UHGV virus genome: UHGV-0171269
Length of the DNA: 38,485 bases
Reading direction: 5' to 3' (one strand)
Source of the DNA: a virus
The translations under genes and the position numbers were made by a program. Positions 1 to 8,119 of this stretch are shown piece by piece (within the stretch, counting starts at the first letter, position 1; every line of letters starts with the position of its first letter). The notes under the pieces were generated by a model. That model did not search any database. It saw nothing but the letters and a program-made list of their open reading frames with translations, and was not told the DNA's origin.

Positions 1-243
1 GCCGAGGCTCGCATGTCAAAGCTCTTAGGCGTGCCAGTGCATGTGATCTACTACCGCTCGGAAGAGATCACGGAGATAGACATGAGGGCGGCGACTGGAG
101 AAGGGAGCCTGTTCCCGGCTCGCGTGAGCGTCGAGGGAAGCGTGCCGTTGTACAAACTGGCGGCGCTTGTGAAGGATGCCTTGCCTACCTTAGCCGTTGG
201 AGTGGTGACCTACAACAACCACATGCAACCCTCTATCAACTAA
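1..243 (+). CDS. Hypothetical protein. The frame is open from nt 1 (first ATG at 13) and continues the ORF open at 38402..38485 if the molecule is circular.
   Basis: ORF track 13..243. Codons 1-12 (gcc gag gct cgc) are in the same frame with no stop. GAGG lies 5 nt upstream of the ATG at 13. Confidence 0.45.
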   Translation, partial: AEARMSKLLGVPVHVIYYRSEEITEIDMRAATGEGSLFPARVSVEGSVPLYKLAALVKDALPTLAVGVVTYNNHMQPSIN

Positions 244-279
244 TTATTAACAATCAACGAAACAAGGAGAAAAACGAAA

Positions 280-546
280 ATGAACAAGAAATATATCTAT
301 CGCTGGACGGCCAAAGCGGCCGACTGGTCAACGTACAAAATGTGCTACGAACTGGCAAAGACGGAACGAGGCGCTTTGGTTGCGGCTCATCGTTGGTGCG
401 ACGACAACCTGTTGCACGGCATGGGAGCGGATCACATTGCTATAGTTGAGTGCAAGATTGACGACGGCGACATATCTGGTCCGTGGCAAGAGGTGAGGGC
501 GCAAAGGCGTCGTCCTTACGGTGGACGGTGGATTGAAATCCTCTAA
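280..546 (+). CDS. Hypothetical early protein (88 aa)
   Basis: ORF track. Strong SD AAGGAG at ~263-268 upstream of the ATG at 280. Confidence 0.55.
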   Translation: MNKKYIYRWTAKAADWSTYKMCYELAKTERGALVAAHRWCDDNLLHGMGADHIAIVECKIDDGDISGPWQEVRAQRRRPYGGRWIEIL

Positions 547-560
547 CTTACGAAGGAGCT

Positions 561-752
561 ATGAAAACCGCCGCTATCATCGCGCTTGGAGTTGTAAGCC
601 TAGTAGGCTTTGCCGCTATCATCCGTAGCGTGTGGCTAGACTACACGTACAGACACGCACCGCTGGGCAGTGTGATAGTCATTGCCGTGTCATTGACAGT
701 CATGATCTGCATCACGCTGATGACACTAATCACGCTGGTTATCAACAATTAA
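561..752 (+). CDS. Small membrane protein (63 aa, two hydrophobic segments)
   Basis: ORF track. SD GAAGGAG at 550-556. Hydrophobic composition (AAIIALGVVSLVGFAAII.., VIVIAVSLTVMICITLMTLITLVI). Confidence 0.5.
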   Translation: MKTAAIIALGVVSLVGFAAIIRSVWLDYTYRHAPLGSVIVIAVSLTVMICITLMTLITLVINN

Positions 753-790
753 CAATCAAAAACATTAAACATTTAAAGGAGAAAAGAGAA

Positions 791-1138
791 ATGATGATAA
801 AACTCGTTAACCCCGATTGCGATGCCGCGACGACATGCCGCATCTATGAGTTGCAAGACGGGGAAATAATATTGTCCATTGAGTATGAGACAATTGATAG
901 TATCTCGTTTGTAGGCCTATCTGAGCCTATGAGCGTTGAGGCCGCCATAACCGCGATTAAAAACAACGCACTTGCCGAAATAAAAACAAGCGGAGAAGAG
1001 GGCGAAATCCACAACCTCCCGATGAAACGCTTTGTGGGGCACACCGAAATCGAAGAAGACGGCCTGGAAATCTGCTTGTATTTTCCGAATATGAGCGAGA
1101 AGACCCGCAAGAAGTTCGTGGAAGCATTTAACGATTAA
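791..1138 (+). CDS. Hypothetical protein (115 aa). The start is taken at ATG 791 rather than the track start at 632.
   Basis: AAAGGAGAAAAGAGAA followed by ATGATG at 791. The upstream part of ORF 632..1138 overlaps the membrane-protein gene in another frame. Confidence 0.5.
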   Translation: MMIKLVNPDCDAATTCRIYELQDGEIILSIEYETIDSISFVGLSEPMSVEAAITAIKNNALAEIKTSGEEGEIHNLPMKRFVGHTEIEEDGLEICLYFPNMSEKTRKKFVEAFND

Positions 1139-1150
1139 CAATATACGTAG

Positions 1151-1531
1151 ATGAATTTGGAAATAGATAGATGCGACTTTGAGCGAATCGTCAACGCCTT
1201 TCACTTGATAGACGCCAAAATCAGTGACCGTGAATTCGTCCTAGACACGATATGGAGCATGGTCGAAGGTTCAGACCTAACATTTAACAATTTGGAAGCA
1301 TGTGTCACCTTGTTAGACGTTTACGATGACGTAGAGGAGTTTGCCTATGACAGACTAAGCGACGAAGAAACTAACGAATTGTTAGAAGACGTCGGGTCTA
1401 ATACGCTCCTTAAGATAGCACTGGATAGACTCGTCGATAGGGGAACTATCATGTCTTACAATCTACGAAACGGTGACGCAACTATTATATGTGACCTAAA
1501 CGGTGACGCAACTATTATATGTGACCTCTAA
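1151..1531 (+). CDS. Hypothetical acidic protein (126 aa) ending in a duplicated decapeptide NGDATIICDL x2
   Basis: ORF track. The 3' end contains a perfect 30-bp tandem duplication (1468-1497 and 1498-1527). Confidence 0.5.
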   Translation: MNLEIDRCDFERIVNAFHLIDAKISDREFVLDTIWSMVEGSDLTFNNLEACVTLLDVYDDVEEFAYDRLSDEETNELLEDVGSNTLLKIALDRLVDRGTIMSYNLRNGDATIICDLNGDATIICDL

Positions 1532-1570
1532 CCTCTAACAATCAACAACAAACAACTATAACAAAACGTT

Positions 1571-2227
1571 ATGAATCAATCAACCAAATCAAAAGGAGAA
1601 AAAACCTACGACTACAAGGCAGTCATCATCAGGTCATACAACCCACTACAAACCGAAATCATCGAAGGAGAATCGAAGTCAAAAAACATTAAGTGGGCCG
1701 CAATCGTCGCCGCTAGAGCAATCGCCACGCATAACGACGTGGACGCCTTAATCCTCCTCTACGACGCGAAAACCGGAAAGCACGTACACTCATCACGCCT
1801 CAGAAAGGCATCATGCGCCTCATATCGTGAGCGGATCACTAACCAAGCAAAGTATGCCCGCAAATCGAGAACGCGCGAAATAGAGCGGCTTTATTGCTAT
1901 CTCCCTCGCCCCAAAATCATCACCAAAGCAAGCGGCCACAGAAGGCAAACATACTACGAGATTATCATCAAAGAAATCTACATTGCCAAGTCCGGGAGAC
2001 TGGCAACTAGGGGTATCCCACGCGAGAACCTACCGGAAGCACTAAGAACCGAAGGCAGGCTCGTCCGAGAATCAAATCTCCAGTCAGAACTCGACAGGAT
2101 CATGGCAAACCTCTATTCCCGTAGATCACTGCCCGACCTAGAACAAGCACAAAAGGTCGCAAGCAAATGGCCAAATTATGAACACATCATCAAACTCATC
2201 AAAAGATACTACAGGATAGATTCATAA
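1571..2227 (+). CDS. Hypothetical basic protein (218 aa)
   Basis: ORF track. AAAGGAG-like SD upstream (caaaaggagaaaaaacc is internal; ATG 1571 follows the A/C-rich leader). Confidence 0.5.
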   Translation: MNQSTKSKGEKTYDYKAVIIRSYNPLQTEIIEGESKSKNIKWAAIVAARAIATHNDVDALILLYDAKTGKHVHSSRLRKASCASYRERITNQAKYARKSRTREIERLYCYLPRPKIITKASGHRRQTYYEIIIKEIYIAKSGRLATRGIPRENLPEALRTEGRLVRESNLQSELDRIMANLYSRRSLPDLEQAQKVASKWPNYEHIIKLIKRYYRIDS

Positions 2228-2253
2228 CAGCCTAACAACAAGCATAATACGAA

Positions 2254-2295
2254 AGAGGGCCGCCCGTTCATAACTGGTGGCCCTCTTCTCTTTTC
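2254..2295 (+). terminator. Rho-independent terminator ending the first rightward operon
   Basis: Stem GAGGGCC (2255-2261) pairs with GGCCCTC (2278-2284), followed by TTCTCTTTTCC. Confidence 0.6.
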
Positions 2296-2327
2296 CACGT
2301 CATAATAAATTTTCTGCTTGCAATTCC

Positions 2328-2345
2328 ACAAAAAAAGCTTGACAC
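2328..2345 (+). promoter_or_regulatory. Candidate promoter element ACAAAAAAGCTTGACAC. Related ACAAAAAAGCTTG / TTGACAC boxes recur at 38303-38337.
   Basis: A TTGACA-like -35 box directly downstream of the terminator. No convincing -10 hexamer could be assigned. Confidence 0.25.
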
Positions 2346-2943
2346 TGATTGGCGTTCGGATGAACACGCAGTCTTACTTGAGGTGGGGGGGGTCTGGAGT
2401 CCCCCGAACTGGTCCCGGTCGAGGCTTGAGAGCTAATGAGAGGCAGTCTAGGGGAAATGAGAAGAAGAGTAAAGAAGAAAAAAAATCAGTATTATCTTTC
2501 CGGAGTTTGGATTTGATAGAAGAGGTTGGCGAAATTAAATGGGAATAGGGAAGAGCGAGAGGAATTAGGAATAATACCGATTTTTGGTGGAGGGAGTAGA
2601 GAGTAAGAGAGGCGTGGAAGTAGAGGAGAGGGAGAGGTCGAAGAATTGGTGGAGAGTGGTGGTAAGAGAGGTTGGATGAGGGCAGAAAAGGGAGGAGTAT
2701 GGTTTGGAGGTTTTGGTTGGGAATGACCTGCATGACAGTAGGTTATTTTGGGATTTTGGTGTGTGAAAGATGAGGGCTGTTGATTGGATTTGATGAATTG
2801 TTAGTTGGCTTGGAGGAGTTGAGGCGGCGCCCTTAGTTAAGGGTTTGATAAATGGGATGTTTGGTTGGTTTGAGGAGGGGAAATTGGATGAAACGGCGCC
2901 ATGTTTGATTTTGGAGTTGACGGCTTAGGGAAAAACGTTATAG

Positions 2944-3435
2944 TTGAAAGAAAACAAAGGAGAGCTAGAAATGAAGAAATATGAACTGAGCGCATTTGTA
3001 AACTTTGATAACTGTTTTGAATCCCAATTCCCGGTTGGGGGGGAAGTTGGGGCGTTAAATAGGGTTTATGGTCATTTAAAGGGGATGTGCGCTAGTGGGG
3101 ATGATGTTCTTTTGGGTGTTAGCTTGGTTGAGGGAGGGCATAGGAGGAGTATGGGTGCGACATGTTTCAAATGGGGGTGTGGGGATTGTTTTGATTTGTC
3201 GAGGGGTATTAGTCGGTGTGGTGTTTTGGTGGAAGATATGAGCTACTGCTTTTTAACGTATGTTGCTAATGGGACTAACCCGTTGATTTATGGGATGCAG
3301 TATGTATGGGTTTTTTATAGTGACCGGATTGAGAAGGTGAATAGGATTGTAGCGGATTATTCATTTTCTGATTACCGCTTGCAAGGCTTATGGTTTTTTG
3401 ATGAAGAGCATTGTTTTAAAGATGCTTGTAATTAG
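2944..3435 (+). CDS. Hypothetical Cys/Gly/Val-rich protein (163 aa) with a strongly C-depleted coding strand
   Basis: ORF track. SD AAAGGAGAG at 2957-2965, 6 nt before the ATG at 2971. Codon composition is G/T-rich. Confidence 0.5.
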   Translation: MKENKGELEMKKYELSAFVNFDNCFESQFPVGGEVGALNRVYGHLKGMCASGDDVLLGVSLVEGGHRRSMGATCFKWGCGDCFDLSRGISRCGVLVEDMSYCFLTYVANGTNPLIYGMQYVWVFYSDRIEKVNRIVADYSFSDYRLQGLWFFDEEHCFKDACN

Positions 3436-3467
3436 AAAAAAGAAAAGAAAGAAAGGAAACAATAACA

Positions 3468-4430
3468 ATGGATAAAAAAAGAACGATGCAAAGAAGAAAT
3501 AATAATAATAAAGTAACTTATAGGGTTTTTGTCCTTATAAAATATGAAGATAAGTTGGAAGACTTTTATAAAGAAGAGGCGCTTGCTAGTTATCCTGATG
3601 TTCGTGCATTAGAGGATATGATTAACCGGGTAAAAGAACATGCTATCGATGCTAAGAAAAGAGGTCTTGGCCTAGAGTTCCACATTAGCGAGGAATATGG
3701 TCAGGCGTTTAGAGATATTAAGTTTTCTAAGAACTATTCTGCTGATGAATTGTCGTTGTTGGACCTTGAAAAAGAGTTTGATGTTGGTTCGTATGTTTAT
3801 ATGCACGACATTATTAACCCTATTGGCAGGAGTCGTGGGATTTATTATTTTACATATTCAGGTTCGCTTGAGGGAGCTGAGGAATATATTGAGAGGTCAG
3901 GAATGGACAGCGATCTTACAATCACTATCTCCTATAATTGCGACGCCCTGAGAGGAATGGAGTTTGCCATTGATTCTTTTGCATACACTTTCAAGGATAG
4001 TAATGTAGTTGATTTGAGCAAGTCCGAAGAAAGCCGTGAGAAGGCTCCAGAAGGCCCTAGCGACGCTTTGGAGGACTTTGGTACCAAGGAAGACTTGGAA
4101 ACGCTTCTGGAGGTGATGAGAGGCCTTCGAGACGATGTTAACGGAGAGCTGAATGATTCTTGCGTAGCTGGGGTCCGTTTGGTGAGTGTGAGAGCAGTGG
4201 ATGCTCCGGGAGCGGCCAACTATTTTCGGCGGGCTAGGAAGGACATTGATGAGAGGACAGGATTGGTGAGATTGTCGGAGATAGAGACTAATGAGCTTTT
4301 CGATAAGGAAATAGGAGTTGTTGTTCCCTATCTGTCTTTGAGGGCTTATCTAAAGACCGGAGAAAAGGGGCTGTTCGCGCGTCAAATGGAAAAGGCCCAG
4401 CGCGAAGTGATGAAGGACTTCGAGAAATAA
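3468..4430 (+). CDS. Hypothetical protein (320 aa)
   Basis: ORF track. AAAGGAAACAATAACA ATG context. Coding strand is moderately C-poor. Confidence 0.5.
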   Translation: MDKKRTMQRRNNNNKVTYRVFVLIKYEDKLEDFYKEEALASYPDVRALEDMINRVKEHAIDAKKRGLGLEFHISEEYGQAFRDIKFSKNYSADELSLLDLEKEFDVGSYVYMHDIINPIGRSRGIYYFTYSGSLEGAEEYIERSGMDSDLTITISYNCDALRGMEFAIDSFAYTFKDSNVVDLSKSEESREKAPEGPSDALEDFGTKEDLETLLEVMRGLRDDVNGELNDSCVAGVRLVSVRAVDAPGAANYFRRARKDIDERTGLVRLSEIETNELFDKEIGVVVPYLSLRAYLKTGEKGLFARQMEKAQREVMKDFEK

Positions 4431-4451
4431 TTTCTGGCGGATAGCATATAG

Positions 4452-4503
4452 GCAAAAAAAATCCCCCCGGCAGTTTGTGGTTTTTCTGCCGGGGGGATTT
4501 ATT
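4452..4503. terminator. Bidirectional intrinsic terminator between convergent genes
   Basis: An A8 run, then the perfect stem TCCCCCCGGCAG (4462-4473) paired with CTGCCGGGGGGA (4486-4497) with a T-rich loop, then TTTATT. Confidence 0.7.
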
Positions 4504-5137
4504 ATGCGGTAATTAAGCGGTCCATTGATTCTGCAATGGATTTTATTAGGAGTGATGTTTCGGGGAATGTGGTTGAAATTGCTATGGTTCTTTGCCCGTT
4601 GTCATTTCTTTCTGATAATAGATGTGAAAGATTTGAAATGTTGATATCGTGCAAATTAACGTTTTGTAGGTTATCAATTACAAGGGCTTTTGCTTTGAAT
4701 GCTCTTCTCAGAATTGGTGATTTATTCCGGCTGTGAAAGTCAGTTGCTTCTTTCAACAGGTCAAAGGCTTTAATATAGAAAATGGAATCCCCTTTCTTGT
4801 ATCTGTGTGCAAGCCATGCGCATGCTGATAGAGTCTTGGGCTTGTTAGGCCCGCAAATGAGAATGGACTCTTCTTTCATCTCTTTCCTAATGCGTGAATA
4901 GAGATCAGGCATGGTTTTGACGGTCATTTCTTTGAGCAGGTTAAAATGCTTGAGAGGAATCTTGGCAAGCTGGAGATCAGCTAAAAAGATTTCTCGTTCC
5001 TTCTCCTGCTGGAATTTCCTTTCTTGCTCGATGTATTCCGGGCTAAGGTGATCTACAACGGGAATTCCTAGGGGTATGTTATTAAAATCAAACCCTAGTT
5101 CTTCGAGGATGTCGGAAGCTTTCTTTGGTTCGGACAT
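4502..5137 (-). CDS. Putative AAA+ helicase-loader ATPase (DnaC/DnaI-like)
   Basis: Walker-A-like ILICGPNKPKTLSA and Walker-B-like KALVIDNLQ. Size 211 aa. Sits beside a DnaD-like candidate. Confidence 0.4.
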   Translation of the reverse strand: MSEPKKASDILEELGFDFNNIPLGIPVVDHLSPEYIEQERKFQQEKEREIFLADLQLAKIPLKHFNLLKEMTVKTMPDLYSRIRKEMKEESILICGPNKPKTLSACAWLAHRYKKGDSIFYIKAFDLLKEATDFHSRNKSPILRRAFKAKALVIDNLQNVNLHDINISNLSHLLSERNDNGQRTIAISTTFPETSLLIKSIAESMDRLITA

Positions 5138-5141
5138 GGGA

Positions 5142-5504
5142 TTATAATGTTACCTTTTCATTATCAATATAATAAGCGGTCTCATGCCCGTTATTTTCAC
5201 ATAATATAGTCTTTCCTTCTTTCGAGGCGAGGGCGAACATCTGGTAGAAGTAGGCATTTAGAATTGATTCTGACGGAGATTTATCTTCTCCGAACAAGAA
5301 GGGGGCGACCTTGCGAAGTTCATTCATCTTGCTTACTGAGAGGATGCCAGCACGATATTTAGCCTTGTGCATCACACTTTTAGTCGGGATGATACCTACC
5401 AAGTGCAGAAAGATTTCAATTTTTTCTGGTTCTTCCCGTGCGATCAGCTGGAACTTCTCAATCTCTTCATCTGTATATAGTTTTGTAACTTTCTTCTGTG
5501 GCAT
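5142..5504 (-). CDS. Hypothetical protein, possibly a replisome organiser (DnaD-like). The ATG start at 5504 is preferred over the track's TTG start at 5543.
   Basis: The track ORF 5142..5543 begins at a TTG. The first ATG (MPQKKVTK..) gives 120 aa. A TTGTTT-N16-TATGCT box lies just upstream on the minus strand, suggesting a short leader. Confidence 0.35.
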   Translation of the reverse strand: MPQKKVTKLYTDEEIEKFQLIAREEPEKIEIFLHLVGIIPTKSVMHKAKYRAGILSVSKMNELRKVAPFLFGEDKSPSESILNAYFYQMFALASKEGKTILCENNGHETAYYIDNEKVTL

Positions 5505-5597
5505 GGGCGCACTATAGCATAGAGGCCATGTGAAAAAAAACAAAAATCTATTGACTGCGGCATGAAAAATGGCATAATAATCGCATCACTTAGGTGA
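5505..5597. promoter_or_regulatory. Divergent promoter region. The plus-strand promoter is TTGACT (5551-5556), a 17-nt spacer, then ATAATA (5574-5579). A candidate minus-strand promoter is TTGTTT-N16-TATGCT.
   Basis: A near-consensus sigma-70/sigma-A promoter precedes SD AGGTGA and the ATG at 5598. Confidence 0.55.
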
Positions 5598-6551
5598 ATG
5601 AACCAACACAAATTTGATATGACTACAGACAAAAAAGACGATGATGCGTTGTCACTGGCCGCCGTGGTGAATCCCGGGTCAGCTCTGGCGATTGCAATGT
5701 CAGACAAGGACGCAATGCAGACATTGAGTTCGATCTTCATTGCGAAACAAATGCCGCGAAACATAGTAGAAGTGGAAACTAAGATTAGGACGATGTGTTC
5801 TTATGAGAGTTTGGCTGAAAAGGCGTTCTTCTCTTATGATCGCGGACCGTCCAAAATCACGGGAGAAACAATTCATCTTGCAAATGCCTGCATGGCGGCT
5901 TATGGGAACATCGAGGCGGGATGGAGAAAGACAGGGGAAACTGTTAACGAAAAAGGCATTACATGTTCTTGTTGTGAAGCTTATTGCTTTGACAAGGAAA
6001 ACAATATAATTCGGAAGGCTTCATTTATCGTCCCACACTGGAGAGAAACCAAAAATAATAAAGAAGGCGGTTATGCTCTTAAATCGGACCGGGATATTTA
6101 TGAACTCTGCGCTAACATGGCTTCCCGGAGAATGAGGGCGTGCATCTTTGGAGTGATTCCTGAGTTTGTCAAGGAGCTGGCGGCTGAGCAATGCAAGAAT
6201 ACTTTGGAGAAAGACCATAATAGCATGGAAGAACGCATGGCCTCTCTTAAAGAGAAGTTCGAGCAGATGGGCGTGACAATCGAGATGCTGGAAAAGAAGG
6301 TAGGAGTTGCTTCTGACAAATGGACTAAGACTAATGTAATCTTCTTGAGGAATTTATTCAATGCCCTGAGAACGGGTGTTTGTTCTGTGGATGACCAATT
6401 CGGGGAGAAGAAAGAAGAACAGAAGGATAATAAAAAATCTTCCGAACCTGTTTTCAAGAAGAAGGAAGAAGAATCATCAATCATCGATACTGATGTAGTA
6501 GAAAATCCTAATGATCTATTCAACGAGAAAGAGGGGACTCCCTTTGACTAA
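5598..6551 (+). CDS. Putative RecT-like single-strand annealing protein (317 aa) with an acidic C-terminal tail
   Basis: Size, position in the early recombination module, the central GGYALKSDRDIYELCANMASRRMRACIFGVIPEFV block, and an acidic tail (..DTDVVENPNDLFNEKEGTPFD). Recognition is from memory only. Confidence 0.35.
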   Translation: MNQHKFDMTTDKKDDDALSLAAVVNPGSALAIAMSDKDAMQTLSSIFIAKQMPRNIVEVETKIRTMCSYESLAEKAFFSYDRGPSKITGETIHLANACMAAYGNIEAGWRKTGETVNEKGITCSCCEAYCFDKENNIIRKASFIVPHWRETKNNKEGGYALKSDRDIYELCANMASRRMRACIFGVIPEFVKELAAEQCKNTLEKDHNSMEERMASLKEKFEQMGVTIEMLEKKVGVASDKWTKTNVIFLRNLFNALRTGVCSVDDQFGEKKEEQKDNKKSSEPVFKKKEEESSIIDTDVVENPNDLFNEKEGTPFD

Positions 6552-6574
6552 AAATAGACAGGAGATAAAAAACA

Positions 6575-6751
6575 ATGAATGGATTATTAATAACCTCTGG
6601 GATTCTATTAGTTATATTAAAATGGTTTGGTGTAATTGATTGGCAATGGAATCATGTCTTAATCCCTTTCATAGTATTGGTTTTTAAAGTCACACTAACA
6701 TTACTCTTAATTGCTATTGTAGTAATCATCCAAGAAATAAGAAATAGATAG
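6575..6751 (+). CDS. Small membrane protein (58 aa), not in the ORF track
   Basis: SD AGGAGATAAAAAACA then ATG 6575. MNGLLITSGILLVILKWFGVIDWQWNHVLIPFIVLVFKVTLTLLLIAIVVIIQEIRNR, stop TAG at 6749-6751. Confidence 0.4.
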   Translation: MNGLLITSGILLVILKWFGVIDWQWNHVLIPFIVLVFKVTLTLLLIAIVVIIQEIRNR

Positions 6752-6761
6752 GATAAATACA

Positions 6762-7190
6762 ATGAAATACGACCCTGACAGAAGATATAAAAGAGGAGAC
6801 CTAGTTAGAATCACAGGATACCGAGGGCGACTATTCGGTTGTGGAAATAAGCGGGAAATAAATGATAAGTATAAATTAGGAGTAGAAGTAGTTCTCGAAG
6901 AAGGTGAAGATTACAGTGGAGATGTTGTTATTCCTGAAGGTATTCTCAAAGGAAATAAAATTTTGTTGTCTTGTGCTTGTATAGAACTTGTCGAACCAGT
7001 TGAAGAAATAAGAAAAAAATATACTTATAATGTCTTTGATGAAGGAATATGTTTTCAAATACGGGAAAATAAGTCCGTTGTTTATGAAATATATTGGAAA
7101 ACAGGTGTTTATCCAGGATCGCCTTACGATAGGGAAGAAGCACTAAGTAAGGCGAATGAGCTTTGCGCGGAACTAAACAATAAGAAATAA
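6762..7190 (+). CDS. Hypothetical protein (142 aa)
   Basis: ORF track. Low-GC codon usage typical of the accessory island. Confidence 0.5.
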   Translation: MKYDPDRRYKRGDLVRITGYRGRLFGCGNKREINDKYKLGVEVVLEEGEDYSGDVVIPEGILKGNKILLSCACIELVEPVEEIRKKYTYNVFDEGICFQIRENKSVVYEIYWKTGVYPGSPYDREEALSKANELCAELNNKK

Positions 7191-7191
7191 A

Positions 7192-7473
7192 ATGAACTAT
7201 ATAAATAATATATTTTGCGATAAACCGGGGCACGCAATACACGCGCTTAGAGCTTACGAGAAAGACGGCATAATCTATGTAGATACTCATTCATGCGACG
7301 AATGCCTTAATGAGGACAACGAAAAGAGTCCAGACAAAAAATCTCTTAAGGAGATCATATCAGGACTTAAGGAAATTCTTTATGATGTCTCATCTATAAA
7401 AGATGATGCAGATTCTCTTGAAGACAGTATTAATGATTTAATTGAAGAACTGGAAGAAGATGAAAAATATTAA
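7192..7473 (+). CDS. Hypothetical acidic protein (93 aa)
   Basis: ORF track. Starts 1 nt after the preceding stop. Confidence 0.45.
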   Translation: MNYINNIFCDKPGHAIHALRAYEKDGIIYVDTHSCDECLNEDNEKSPDKKSLKEIISGLKEILYDVSSIKDDADSLEDSINDLIEELEEDEKY

Positions 7474-7846
7474 ATGCCCGTTGTGCGGAGGAGTGCCCCA
7501 GCTTACTACAAAACAAATAGATGAAATAGAAGTGTGTCAAATACTGTGCGAATGCGGATTGGGGACAGAAGTCAATGAGTACTGGCTGGATCCCAAGGAT
7601 GACCCCGAAGAAGATGAACTTCGCGCATGGAAGGACTGGGAAAAGCTTGTCTCCAAGTTCCCACCTATCATGCGGGTGCAGGAAGGAGACTTGATTGCTG
7701 TCCATACTGGGAATGCAATCAAGATTCAAAAAATTAAAGCTATTAATAAAGAAAACTTCCTTCTTCAAACGAGTATCGGAATTGTATATATTGATGCTGT
7801 GTTGAAATGGCCGTGGGAACTTGAGCAGAAAGGAGAACAACAGTGA
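7442..7846 (+). CDS. Zinc-ribbon protein, possible Lar-family restriction-alleviation protein
   Basis: The N-terminal NIKCPLCGG..CECG zinc ribbon resembles the KPCPFCG signature of Lar-type proteins. Recalled from memory and unverified. Confidence 0.35.
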   Translation: MKNWKKMKNIKCPLCGGVPQLTTKQIDEIEVCQILCECGLGTEVNEYWLDPKDDPEEDELRAWKDWEKLVSKFPPIMRVQEGDLIAVHTGNAIKIQKIKAINKENFLLQTSIGIVYIDAVLKWPWELEQKGEQQ

Positions 7847-7983
7847 TGTATAATATTCTTCAACTTGTAATCCTCTTGGCCAACGTTTGTTGCATTGGCT
7901 ACTTTCTGTATCAGGCAGGGAAATTAAAAGGATTGAGTATGGCGACTTCTGCCGCTCTAAATCACAAGATGGATAAAAAATAA
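7846..7983 (+). CDS. Small hydrophobic protein (45 aa), not in the ORF track
   Basis: A TGATG stop/start overlap with the upstream gene. MYNILQLVILLANVCCIGYFLYQAGKLKGLSMATSAALNHKMDKK, TAA at 7981-7983. Confidence 0.3.
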   Translation: MYNILQLVILLANVCCIGYFLYQAGKLKGLSMATSAALNHKMDKK

Positions 7984-8119
7984 CGGAATTATGTAGAATA
8001 ATCTTGTTGGAATATTGCATTGCTGCTAACGCTGATATTCGGTAATAAATTGGCGGGAGAGGCAGCCAAAACGACTGATACAAGACTAAAGTAAATAGTT
8101 CCGATAGACTTTATATAAA

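Noticed and set aside
2318-2733. ORFs 2318..2548 (+) and 2374..2733 (-) inside the C-free tract
   Set aside because: Both are low-complexity translations of a compositionally extreme region with no RBS, so the tract is treated as non-coding.
2550-2940. Possible CRISPR-like array or minisatellite in the purine-rich tract
   Set aside because: No regularly spaced direct repeats with unique spacers were found, only compositional repetitiveness (GAGAG, GGAGG) and two GGCGCC sites.
7430-8083. 217-aa minus-strand ORF
   Set aside because: It is antisense to two well-formed plus-strand genes in an all-plus operon. It has low-complexity, implausible composition and no RBS, so it is spurious.
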